The notes under the pieces are model-generated. The model was given only the letters and a program-made list of their open reading frames with translations. It had not been told where the DNA came from and ran no database searches. A stretch of DNA of 64,000 bases from Treponematales bacterium (lineage in GTDB: Bacteria > Spirochaetota > Spirochaetia > Treponematales > JBGSOB01), in contig JBGSOB010000123.1 in NCBI GenBank assembly GCA_041739325.1, forward strand, positions 14,863-78,862, given 5' to 3'. The first letter of the stretch is position 1. Every line of letters begins with the position of its first letter. Positions 17,443 to 25,836 of the stretch are shown one piece after another. The position numbers and the translations under genes are program-made.

Positions 17443-19383
17443 GTGGCCTTCGTACAGTATTCGGGCCTAAGCCTGGCCTTTGGCGACCGCGATATCCTGG
17501 CTTCGGTAAACCTCAATCTCAAGACCGGGAGCCGAGCGGCCCTTGCCGGCCCGAACGGGGCGGGCAAGTCCACCCTTATGAAGATTATCGCCGGCCAGAT
17601 AAAGCCTGATTGCGGCGAGAAGGCTGTGGAGAAGGGCGCGCGCATCTCCTATCTGCCCCAGTCCGGCATTGTCCACCAAGGGAGGAGCCTGCGCTCTGAG
17701 GCTGAGACGGCCTTTTCCCCCCACGCTGCCATGATCCGCGAGATGGAGGATTTAGGCCAGCGCCTAGAGGGCATTAGCGAGTCCGACCCCCGCCTGGCAG
17801 AGATCGTAGAAAAGCACCATGAGCTCTCAGAGGCGGTGGAGCGCTCCGGTTACTGGCGGCGCGAGGAGAGGATAGAGCGCGTGCTCAGCGGCCTAGGCTT
17901 TGGGCCCGGAGATCTTGACCGGCCCTCGGGTGAATTCTCAGGCGGTTGGCAGATGCGCATTGCCCTGGCAAAGATTCTGCTTGAAGGCGCTGACATCCTC
18001 CTTCTGGACGAGCCCACCAATTATTTGGATATAGAGGCGCGCGAATGGCTCAAGGGCTATCTGCGTGACTTCCCCGGCGGCATCCTCATCGTTTCCCACG
18101 ACCGCTCCTTTTTAGACGCCGTAGTCTCCGAGGTCTACGAGCTTTTTGGCGGCAAGCTCACCCGTTACCCGGGAAACTATTCACAGTACGAAGAGCGGCG
18201 CTCCAAGGAGCTTGCCGGTCTCTTTGAGGCTTGGGAAAGACAACAGGAAGAGATCCAAGCCCTTGAAGACTTTATCCGCCGCTTCCGCTACCAGGCTTCC
18301 AAGGCCGCCTTGGTGCAGAGCCGGGTAAAACAGCTTGAGAAGATCCTGCCCATCCAGATACCAGAGGGCATGAAGCGCATCCATTTCCAATTCCCCCCTC
18401 CACCGCACTCAGGCAGGATAGCCCTCAGTATTGAAAATTTGGGGCGATCCTACGGCGACTTCAGCGTCTTCTCGGGCATTGATCTTGTGCTAGAGGCAGG
18501 GGAAAAACTTGCCTTAGTGGGGCGCAACGGCGCGGGCAAGTCTACCCTGATGCGGATTATCGCCGGGGCCGACTCAGGCTTTTCCGGGAGTATGCGCATG
18601 GGAGCCGGGATAAGCGTGGGCTACTTCGCCCAAGAAAGCCCAGAGGCCTTAAGCGGTGAGGCTAGCGTTGAGGAAGAGCTGGAGGCAGTGGCCCCGACCC
18701 ACCTGGTGCCCAAGGTGCGCAACCTCCTGGGGGCTTTTCTTTTCCGTGGCGATGACGTCTGCAAGAGCGTATCCGTTCTCTCGGGTGGGGAGCGCTCCCG
18801 CCTGGCCATACTAAAGCTCCTTTTGCATCCGACAAACCTCCTGGTGATGGACGAACCGACGAACCACCTGGACTTAACCTCAAAGGACGTGCTGCTGGAG
18901 GCCCTCTCCGCCTTTCCCGGCACATTGGTATTCGTTTCCCACGACCGCTTTTTTATTGAGGGCTTGGCTACCAAGGTGCTGGAATTGGAAGACGGGAAGA
19001 TGCGCCTTTATCCCGGCGGCTACGACTACTACCTAAGCCGCAAGGCCGCGGAAAACGGCGGCCAGGGGGAGAACGCCGGCATGGGTCAGTCAAGATCGGC
19101 CAACGCGATTTCGGCTATTTCCCCTGCCTCCGTAGACGCAAACGCCCGTGGCGATGACAAGCAGCGCAAGGCTGCGGAAAAGCGTCGCGCCAAGCGGGAA
19201 GCTGAGCTGCTTGAGCGAGTAGACTCCCTTGAGGTTCGCAAGACCGCGCTGGAAGAGGCGATGGCCCTCCCGGAAAATTACGCGGATGGGGAAAAGATTA
19301 AGGCGATCAAGGCCGAGCTCCAGAATCTGGAAGCAGAGCTGGGACTGGCTATGGCCGAGTGGGAAGGCCTTTCCGCCGAGTAG
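17443..19383 (+). CDS. ABC-F family ribosome-associated ATPase
   Basis: Two ABC cassettes (GPNGAGKST/FSGGW/DEPTN and GRNGAGKST/LSGGE/DEPTNHLD), no TM, C-terminal coiled coil. Confidence 0.93.
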   Translation: MAFVQYSGLSLAFGDRDILASVNLNLKTGSRAALAGPNGAGKSTLMKIIAGQIKPDCGEKAVEKGARISYLPQSGIVHQGRSLRSEAETAFSPHAAMIREMEDLGQRLEGISESDPRLAEIVEKHHELSEAVERSGYWRREERIERVLSGLGFGPGDLDRPSGEFSGGWQMRIALAKILLEGADILLLDEPTNYLDIEAREWLKGYLRDFPGGILIVSHDRSFLDAVVSEVYELFGGKLTRYPGNYSQYEERRSKELAGLFEAWERQQEEIQALEDFIRRFRYQASKAALVQSRVKQLEKILPIQIPEGMKRIHFQFPPPPHSGRIALSIENLGRSYGDFSVFSGIDLVLEAGEKLALVGRNGAGKSTLMRIIAGADSGFSGSMRMGAGISVGYFAQESPEALSGEASVEEELEAVAPTHLVPKVRNLLGAFLFRGDDVCKSVSVLSGGERSRLAILKLLLHPTNLLVMDEPTNHLDLTSKDVLLEALSAFPGTLVFVSHDRFFIEGLATKVLELEDGKMRLYPGGYDYYLSRKAAENGGQGENAGMGQSRSANAISAISPASVDANARGDDKQRKAAEKRRAKREAELLERVDSLEVRKTALEEAMALPENYADGEKIKAIKAELQNLEAELGLAMAEWEGLSAE

Positions 19384-19900
19384 CGAGCATGCTCTTTGCA
19401 TAGACGGCTATGTCTACAAGGAGGAGGGCAAGGCCAAAGCCGCAGAGGAAGTAGCCAAGGCGGGCCGGCATGCCAAGGATCAATTCCCTAAAGAAAGGTT
19501 CCAGAATAAAAAGCATGGCGAGGATGAAGATAGCCCAACGCCCCAGCCTAGGAAGGGATAAAAAGCCCAGGATTTTTGGCTTTTCCGTCAAGCCTGCCGG
19601 CAGGGTCAGCGTGAGTAGCTTTTGGGCGGCTAGGCACAAAGCAGCTTCAAGAAGCGGGACGAGCACCAGATAGAGGGCTAGGAGTAGCCCAGCGGGGATG
19701 CTGGCGGAGAAGCTTCTGTCCGCCAGATAGATGAGGCTGCCGCCCAGGCCGTAAAGGGGCAGATAGGGGCCGGCTAAGATGCCCGCATTTTTTAGGGATC
19801 TGCCGCGTATGCTCGCATAGGCGCTTTCAGCTAACCAAGCACAGATGGCCAGGAAAAAAAAGAGCAGGCCAAGCTCCATCACGTCGTCGATCCTTCCCAT
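19349..19900 (-). CDS. Putative ABC-transporter-permease-like membrane protein (CmpB-like)
   Basis: WLAE...NAGILAGPYLPLYGLGG motif, about 5 TM; GGGAGGG RBS; overlaps the 3' end of the ABC-F gene. Confidence 0.6.
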   Translation of the reverse strand: MGRIDDVMELGLLFFFLAICAWLAESAYASIRGRSLKNAGILAGPYLPLYGLGGSLIYLADRSFSASIPAGLLLALYLVLVPLLEAALCLAAQKLLTLTLPAGLTEKPKILGFLSLPRLGRWAIFILAMLFILEPFFRELILGMPARLGYFLCGFGLALLLVDIAVYAKSMLATRRKGLPTRP

Positions 19901-20020
19901 TTCAGCCCTCCCTTTATCCCGACTATACGCTATGCCCAAGGATGGCGCAATGAGGAGTGCGGTTTGTAAATTTGCCTAGGAAGGGTTTTTTTAGCTATCC
20001 TTAAGGAGCGAGGTGAAAAG

Positions 20021-20557
20021 ATGAAGGCTACAAAGGTTCTATTGGTTCTGGCACTGCTTTCCTCCGGCTTTTTGGCCTTTGCCCAAGAGGCTACGGCAAG
20101 CGCGGCTCCTAAAAAACCCGAGCCCATAAGCGGGGAAAAAAATGGCATCAGTTACAGCATCCTCAAGGATGGGGATGTGGTGACTGTTGAAATTAAGGCT
20201 AAGGCAAGCGGCTGGGTCGCAGTAGGTTTGGATCCTGAACAGATGATGAAGGGGGCGGACTTCCTTCTTGGTTACGTTAAGGATGGTGTAGCCTACGCCC
20301 GTGATGACTATGGTCACATGCCCACCGGCCACGCGGCGGACACAAGCCGCGGCGGAAAGGACTCTCTCATAGCCTTTTCTGGTGAGGAGCTGGATGGCTT
20401 TACGACTATTCGCTTTACCGTTGCGGTCCAAGCGGGGGAAGAAACCGATAAGAGCTGGACAAAGGGCAAACATGTACTATTATTAGCAGCGTCAAGGGCT
20501 GATAATTTTAGCGGTATCCACTTTGTGAAGGCAAAGGTAGAGGTCGAGCTTCCCTAG
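20021..20557 (+). CDS. Exported DOMON-domain protein
   Basis: Signal peptide; SGWVAVGL...MKGADFLLG...DDY and a C-terminal His. Confidence 0.85.
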   Translation: MKATKVLLVLALLSSGFLAFAQEATASAAPKKPEPISGEKNGISYSILKDGDVVTVEIKAKASGWVAVGLDPEQMMKGADFLLGYVKDGVAYARDDYGHMPTGHAADTSRGGKDSLIAFSGEELDGFTTIRFTVAVQAGEETDKSWTKGKHVLLLAASRADNFSGIHFVKAKVEVELP

Positions 20558-20585
20558 GGTGCTCCCTTGATGCGGTGAGAACTAA

Positions 20586-20615
20586 AAAGCCATGCCCTGT
20601 TTGGGGCATGGCTTT
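20586..20615. terminator. Intergenic stem-loop (terminator or processing hairpin)
   Basis: AAAGCCATGCCC-N6-GGGCATGGCTTT perfect 12-bp stem. Confidence 0.65.
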
Positions 20616-20632
20616 AAAAAAAGGAGAGTAGC

Positions 20633-20827
20633 GTGAATAGTTTTGTTTTAGTCATGATCGGCGGGGCCTTTGGGTTTATACCCCTTTTGTTGGCCGTTTT
20701 AAGCGGCCTTAAGGTTATCAAGATACCCTATAAGGCCCATAAGGCCTTGGGGATAGGAGCCTTTCTGATCGCGGCTATTCACGCCCTTGTGGCTGCTTTG
20801 GCATATTTTGGTGTCTTGGCTTTTTAG
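20633..20827 (+). CDS. Small 2-TM membrane protein with two His residues
   Basis: AAGGAG RBS, GTG start, 64 aa, hydrophobic, KAHK and AIHA. Confidence 0.65.
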   Translation: MNSFVLVMIGGAFGFIPLLLAVLSGLKVIKIPYKAHKALGIGAFLIAAIHALVAALAYFGVLAF

Positions 20828-20844
20828 TTTCCAAAGAGCGCTTT

Positions 20845-22026
20845 CTACCTTCCCGTTTCTGCTCCAAAGTGGTAGACGAAGGTTCGCTCCTGCCCGTTTT
20901 GGATTTCCTTGACCGAGCTCGGTTTTGCGTCGAAGTGGGAGGGAAATTCCGGGTGGGTGGTAATGACGACTATCTCCCATCCGCTAAAGTCCTTCTTTAG
21001 GTGACGCATCTGCCGGTAGAGGTTTTCCGCGTAGTCAGCGTCGCGCAACCTTTCCCCATAGGGCGGGTTGGTGATGATGAAGCCCTCCGCGCTCTCGGCT
21101 TTGGCTTCTTCCATGGAAAGTTGGCGGAAGTTTATGCGTTGGCTGAACTCGGTAGCGCCGGATTTGCGCGCCCCGCCTAGAATATTCCCCACCGCTAAAG
21201 CGTTCTTTATGGCCGCTTCTACCATCGATCTGTCACCATCCGACCCGGATATCCGGATCTCCGGCCCAAAGTCTATCCGCGATGCCGCCAGCTCCCTCTC
21301 GTCACGGAATATCTTGTCGTCCATAAAGGGCATGGCGCGGAAGGAAAAGCCCCGGCCCATGCCGGGAGGTATGTTGAGGGCAAAGAGCCCGGCTTCAATG
21401 GGGATGGTGCCGGTGCCGCAAAAGGGGTCGTGGAGGGCAAAGCGCCGCTTCCAGCCGGCGTGGAGGATGATGGCCGCCGCGATAGTTTCCTTAAGGGGCG
21501 CGGGTCCGGATACCTTGCGGTAGCCGCGGCGGTGTAGGGCTTCCCCGGAGAGGTCGATGCCGGCCAAGGCCTGGTCCCGCTCGATATAGAGGCGTAAGGA
21601 CAGCTCTTCACCGGTCTCAGGCAGGCGGCTTAGGCCCGATTTTTGGCACAGCCTTTCATAGACGGCCTTTTGCGCGATAGCCTGGGCCGAGGGAACTGAG
21701 CGGATTTCGGAGGCTGATATCCGCAGTTTTTCTATGCGAATGCGGCTTTCCGTTCGGGCATAGTCTTCCCAGGGGATGGCGCGCATGCCCTCGAAGAGCT
21801 GGTCGAAGTCTCGGGCTGGAAAGGTTCCCACCACTAAGAGCACGCGCTCGGCGGTTCTCAGCCACAGGTGGGCCCGGGCTATGCCCGCTTGATCCGCTTC
21901 GAAGAATACCATGCCGGGGCGGCCTTCCCCGCCGCGCAGGGCCAAGCCGAGTTTCTTGATTTCATTTCCGAGAACGCGTTCTACGCCAAGGGCGCAGAGG
22001 GCGCAGAGTCTGAATTGCTGTGCGAT
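20845..22026 (-). CDS. THUMP-domain RlmL-like 23S rRNA methyltransferase (N-terminus extends to ATC 22026)
   Basis: LRTAERV, DLSGEALHRRGYR, APLKETIAAA, DPFCGTGTIPIEA, ITNPPYGERL; in-frame upstream ALCALGVERVLGNEIKKLG. Confidence 0.9.
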   Translation of the reverse strand: MAQQFRLCALCALGVERVLGNEIKKLGLALRGGEGRPGMVFFEADQAGIARAHLWLRTAERVLLVVGTFPARDFDQLFEGMRAIPWEDYARTESRIRIEKLRISASEIRSVPSAQAIAQKAVYERLCQKSGLSRLPETGEELSLRLYIERDQALAGIDLSGEALHRRGYRKVSGPAPLKETIAAAIILHAGWKRRFALHDPFCGTGTIPIEAGLFALNIPPGMGRGFSFRAMPFMDDKIFRDERELAASRIDFGPEIRISGSDGDRSMVEAAIKNALAVGNILGGARKSGATEFSQRINFRQLSMEEAKAESAEGFIITNPPYGERLRDADYAENLYRQMRHLKKDFSGWEIVVITTHPEFPSHFDAKPSSVKEIQNGQERTFVYHFGAETGR

Positions 22027-22029
22027 GGC

Positions 22030-23166
22030 TTATTCCTTTTTCCCAAGATAGGCGATGATCTCGTCGTACATGGCTTTTTGCAGGGCGGGGACTACGGCGT
22101 CTACCGATGCCGGCAAGCCGCTTACGGGTATGTCGGAGACGGAGTAGGCGCCACCTGTTAGACCGGTGCGAAAACCGTACTTTTTCCAGGCTATGTCTTG
22201 GACGCGCTTTTCGTCGAAGGCGGCTATGTAGCGGCTGCCTTTATCCGTCAAGGCGGCGACGCAGTGGGAATTCCAGATGGTGGGTACGGGATAGAGAACC
22301 CGTACCCTGTCCTTTACCTGGGCCCAGCCGTCCGGGCTGTTGTTGGCAAAGTCGATCAGGCTTTTTTCGTAGTCGACTATCATCGGGCGGGCGCCCATGC
22401 CGGTGCGCAGGTAGGACTCAAAGAGGTCTGCCGGGCTTTGGTTCATGTAGCCGGACTTGACGTAAAAGGCCTTGAGCTTGGGCAGTACCTGGCGGAAATT
22501 CGTCTCATCCACCGAGCCGCCGTTCATGATGGAAACAAGGAGTCCGTAATAGGTTGCCCCCGGGCTGGAGGTGACGGGGTCGGTGCTGGCTATATTGACC
22601 TTGCCGTAGAGTTCCTTCAGGCCCAGTTCCTTCCACTCCTTGCCGGCTACGATCATCGAAAGGAGCTTGTCCATGCCGGTAAGATAGTAGGTGTCGCCGC
22701 GCCGCTCGGCAAGGCCTTGGGAGACGAGGGCGTCCGCCACCTTGTCCCAAGAATAGATGACGATGGGTGTGTTGAGGGTCATGCCGCCCTTGAGGACCTT
22801 GGCGCGCGGCTGTTCGCCCTTCTCCGAATCTGCCGGCAATTTATAGTAGTCGAAGAAGCGTTGGTCTGAGAAGAAGAGGAAGTCGTAGGCGCGCACATCG
22901 TCCTTGACCATCTTGCCGTTGGACCAGGGTTCGTTGGAAACGATGAGTTTGTGATCTTCCTTGAGGATCTTCACGAATTCCGCGTCTTCCACGAAGTTTT
23001 CCTTACCCCCGCCCACCGCGGCCACGGCGCTTTCCGCCTTGGCCAGATTGTGTTTTACCGTGGCCGTGCCCCCGCTAATCTGGTCCTTAAATAAGACGTA
23101 AGCGGCCCCCAGGCCCACCACGACGAGGATGATGATCACTCCCACGACCCTACCGTTTATCTTCAT
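22030..23166 (-). CDS. Membrane-anchored periplasmic-binding-protein-like protein, partner of the vWA protein
   Basis: N-terminal TM; TPIVIYSW, STDPVTSSPG, YEKSLI, LYPVPTIWNSH, AWKKYGFR; AAGGGAG RBS. Confidence 0.7.
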   Translation of the reverse strand: MKINGRVVGVIIILVVVGLGAAYVLFKDQISGGTATVKHNLAKAESAVAAVGGGKENFVEDAEFVKILKEDHKLIVSNEPWSNGKMVKDDVRAYDFLFFSDQRFFDYYKLPADSEKGEQPRAKVLKGGMTLNTPIVIYSWDKVADALVSQGLAERRGDTYYLTGMDKLLSMIVAGKEWKELGLKELYGKVNIASTDPVTSSPGATYYGLLVSIMNGGSVDETNFRQVLPKLKAFYVKSGYMNQSPADLFESYLRTGMGARPMIVDYEKSLIDFANNSPDGWAQVKDRVRVLYPVPTIWNSHCVAALTDKGSRYIAAFDEKRVQDIAWKKYGFRTGLTGGAYSVSDIPVSGLPASVDAVVPALQKAMYDEIIAYLGKKE

Positions 23167-23197
23167 GATCTAGCTCCCTTTTTAACGTTGCGCGAAA

Positions 23198-24817
23198 TTA
23201 GTTGTAGCCGCGGACTTCCTTGAAGGCCGCTATCAAGTCCGCCCGCCCGTCAAAGACGCGGGCGTTGGACAGCTTGGCGATATCTTTGAGCTGTTTTGTG
23301 TCGGCGCTGCCGAAGGTAATGCAAAAGAGGGGGACGTCTCTGCCATAGCTTGCGTAGGCCGCTTTCAAGCTGGCTAGGGTTCCGACGTTTGCCTGACCAT
23401 CCGTCATAAGGACTACGGAGCACACGAATTTCTGCGTGTCTACGGAGGCTAGTAGCTTGAGGGCTTCTTCCGCCGCCCCGTAGAGGTTGGTGGCCCCATC
23501 AGGCTCTATAGCCTCCACGGCCGCCAGGAGGGCCGCCGTATCGCTGGCGTCCGTACTGCGCATCGGCTCCATTACGTCAGTGGAGAAGGGTATGAGAACG
23601 ATGCTGTCCTTGCGCGAGAACTGGATAAAGTCCTTGCCCGCCTCCTCGGCGTTAAGCACATAGCGCAGGGCGGCGACAAGTTGATTATAGCCTGAGCCAT
23701 ACATGGAGCCTGAGAAATCAAGGCAAAAAACGGTGTAGGAGGGTTTCTTGAGCTCGGTTTGGTAGAGGGCGAGGGCGGCCTTGATGACATTGGGCTGGGG
23801 ATATTTCACCGGAACCAGGTAGCGCCCGGTGTCCACGCCCCACTCGGGTTTAAAGAGCTGAGGGAGGGGGTTTTCAACGTCGCCACCGTACCAGGCCCGT
23901 CTGCCGAGAGCGGTGAGTTTAGCCTGGGTAGGGGAGGAGAGGGCCCAGTCTTGGAATTTCCTGAAAGCCCTTTCCTTGGCCTTGTCCCCGTTGTCCACAT
24001 AGCCCAGGGGTGAATCCGAAAGGCTGACCCCGTCCACCGGGTACACGAGGCGCAAGGCTTCCTTGCCCTCGGCCTCAAGTTGGGTATTAAGGCGCAGGAG
24101 GGAGGATTCGTAGGATACCATGGCGTCGTAGCTGCCGCTCAAGAACATCTCGTCTAGGAATTCGGCGGAGCCCGATACCCGCTCAATGCCGGAGTAAAAA
24201 TCGATAAGCTTTGACCGTACCGCTTCATTCTCCAGATCCTTGATGCTCAAAACCTCCGGGTTGCCGGCAAAGGTGGAAAGGAGGCCCAGGAGTGCCGAGG
24301 CGCCGGCGTTTGTCTGGGTGGCGGAGGCGGTAAGGAAACTCAGTTTGCGCGCTTTGATAGCCGCAAGGATGTCGGCAGTGCGGACATCGCTCCGGTCAAG
24401 TCCCAGCTCGAGGGCCTTGGAACGGCGAATGCCGAAGACGATGGGCGATACCGACGTCGATTTGGCGTTCTTAACAAGGCCCCTGTTTTCCAGCATATAG
24501 AGCCAGATGGAGTTTGAAGCCCAGACCGCGTCGTAGTTCCCACCGTTACGGTTGAGCTCCGACATGATGTCCAGGGTGCCGCGCAGGCTTACTCTGACCT
24601 TGATCTTGCTCTCTTTCTCGAACTCCTTGATGAGGGGGAGGAGATCCGCGTTCTCCGACCCGGAGATAAGCTCCAGGTGGCGCTCCCCGCCCTTGCGGCT
24701 TGGGGCGGCGGAGGCGGAGCTGGAACGGCTGCCCGAGCAGGGGGGCAGATTGAAGAGGACGATGGCCCCGACGACTGAGGCAAAGACGACGGCGCCGATT
24801 CTTTGGCTTCTGTTCAT
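23198..24817 (-). CDS. Substrate-binding-domain plus C-terminal vWA protein
   Basis: ISGSEN, YDAVW, SPIVFG, QTNAGAS, DSPLGY; MIDAS DFSGSM...GATNLY...MTDG; start ATG 24817 precedes the hydrophobic anchor. Confidence 0.85.
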   Translation of the reverse strand: MNRSQRIGAVVFASVVGAIVLFNLPPCSGSRSSSASAAPSRKGGERHLELISGSENADLLPLIKEFEKESKIKVRVSLRGTLDIMSELNRNGGNYDAVWASNSIWLYMLENRGLVKNAKSTSVSPIVFGIRRSKALELGLDRSDVRTADILAAIKARKLSFLTASATQTNAGASALLGLLSTFAGNPEVLSIKDLENEAVRSKLIDFYSGIERVSGSAEFLDEMFLSGSYDAMVSYESSLLRLNTQLEAEGKEALRLVYPVDGVSLSDSPLGYVDNGDKAKERAFRKFQDWALSSPTQAKLTALGRRAWYGGDVENPLPQLFKPEWGVDTGRYLVPVKYPQPNVIKAALALYQTELKKPSYTVFCLDFSGSMYGSGYNQLVAALRYVLNAEEAGKDFIQFSRKDSIVLIPFSTDVMEPMRSTDASDTAALLAAVEAIEPDGATNLYGAAEEALKLLASVDTQKFVCSVVLMTDGQANVGTLASLKAAYASYGRDVPLFCITFGSADTKQLKDIAKLSNARVFDGRADLIAAFKEVRGYN

Positions 24818-24881
24818 ACCCTTGTATTCTTCCGCATCCGAGAGGCTTTGTAAAGGCAAAAAGCCGGTATATACTAGCCCT

Positions 24882-25421
24882 ATGGATACTAAAAACCCCT
24901 TTTCGCCCAAACCCAAATTTCTTGCCCTCTGCCTAGCCCTGCAGGCCTTCGCCTCCATTTTGGCAATGATGGATTGCGCCGAGCAGCATCGAGCTTGGAA
25001 GACCGCCCTCACCTGGTCGGCGGCGGAGCGTGAGACGGCTCAAGCGAGCGACGCCTCAAGCCTGCGCGGCATAAGCCTGACAGCCCTCTGCCTGGATATC
25101 GGGGTTACGGCCCTGGCCTTTTCCGGTTTCCTTGCCTTAGGCGCGGCCGTAGCCGGGGAAAGCGGCCGGGCCTTCGGAATCGCCTGCGGCCTGACCCTGG
25201 GGGCATCGCTCTTGGCCATCCTTTTTGCTCTGAGCGTCATCGTCTATCGGATTGCCCTTGGCGGCCGCGTCAAGCTCGTGGGGCCCGTCCACGACTATTC
25301 CCTTGTCCTTGCCCCACCCATCGCCCTAGCCGGGGTATGGATGCTACTTATGGGCATAGTTTGTATTGCGACAGTGCTTAAGGAAGGGCGTATTGGAAGA
25401 TCAGGGATACAAGGAGGCTGA
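24882..25421 (+). CDS. Hypothetical 4-TM membrane protein
   Basis: ATG 24882 lies 6 nt after TATACT; hydrophobic segments. Confidence 0.55.
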   Translation: MDTKNPFSPKPKFLALCLALQAFASILAMMDCAEQHRAWKTALTWSAAERETAQASDASSLRGISLTALCLDIGVTALAFSGFLALGAAVAGESGRAFGIACGLTLGASLLAILFALSVIVYRIALGGRVKLVGPVHDYSLVLAPPIALAGVWMLLMGIVCIATVLKEGRIGRSGIQGG

Positions 25422-25722
25422 TGCCTCCTGAAAGAAAAAAGTCCGTCATAAGGGCGCGGTCCTTAAGCCTTTTTTCGGCCTTGGACGTTTTTTCATCCGC
25501 TCCTGCCCCCTGAGCCCCGCCAAGGAAATTAAGGCCATCGGCGCGCAGGTACCAGATCCAGGCCAAGAGGAAGAAGCAAAAGGAGAGGACAAAGAGGGCG
25601 TTGCCATAGGCCATGCCAGGCGAGGCTGCCGAGGGCCGGAGCATTCCAAGGGCGGCGACTGCCATGCCCAGGGCGAGCAAGAAGGAAAGTCTGATGATCC
25701 TACGCATAATTACCTGGCGCAT
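25378..25722 (-). CDS. Small membrane protein (DUF3899-like), divergent from the opp operon
   Basis: 3 hydrophobic segments, NALFVLS...WYLRADG. Confidence 0.55.
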   Translation of the reverse strand: MRQVIMRRIIRLSFLLALGMAVAALGMLRPSAASPGMAYGNALFVLSFCFFLLAWIWYLRADGLNFLGGAQGAGADEKTSKAEKRLKDRALMTDFFLSGGISLLVSLIFQYALP

Positions 25723-25769
25723 AGAATGGTAGTAGCATAAAATTGGGCAACTTTCCAGACTTATCCCTG

Positions 25770-25798
25770 TTGACTTCCCCTCAATCCCGGCCCAGAAT
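25770..25798 (+). promoter_or_regulatory. sigma70-like promoter of the oligopeptide ABC operon
   Basis: TTGACT-N17-CAGAAT; GAGGAGG RBS downstream. Confidence 0.5.
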
Positions 25799-25836
25799 GT
25801 CCGGTAAGGTTCTTTATATATGTTGAGGAGGAATTT

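Noticed and set aside
24552-25012. Long overlap of the vWA ORF and the divergent membrane ORF
   Set aside because: Artefact of longest-ORF starts; ATG 24817 and ATG 24882 remove the overlap
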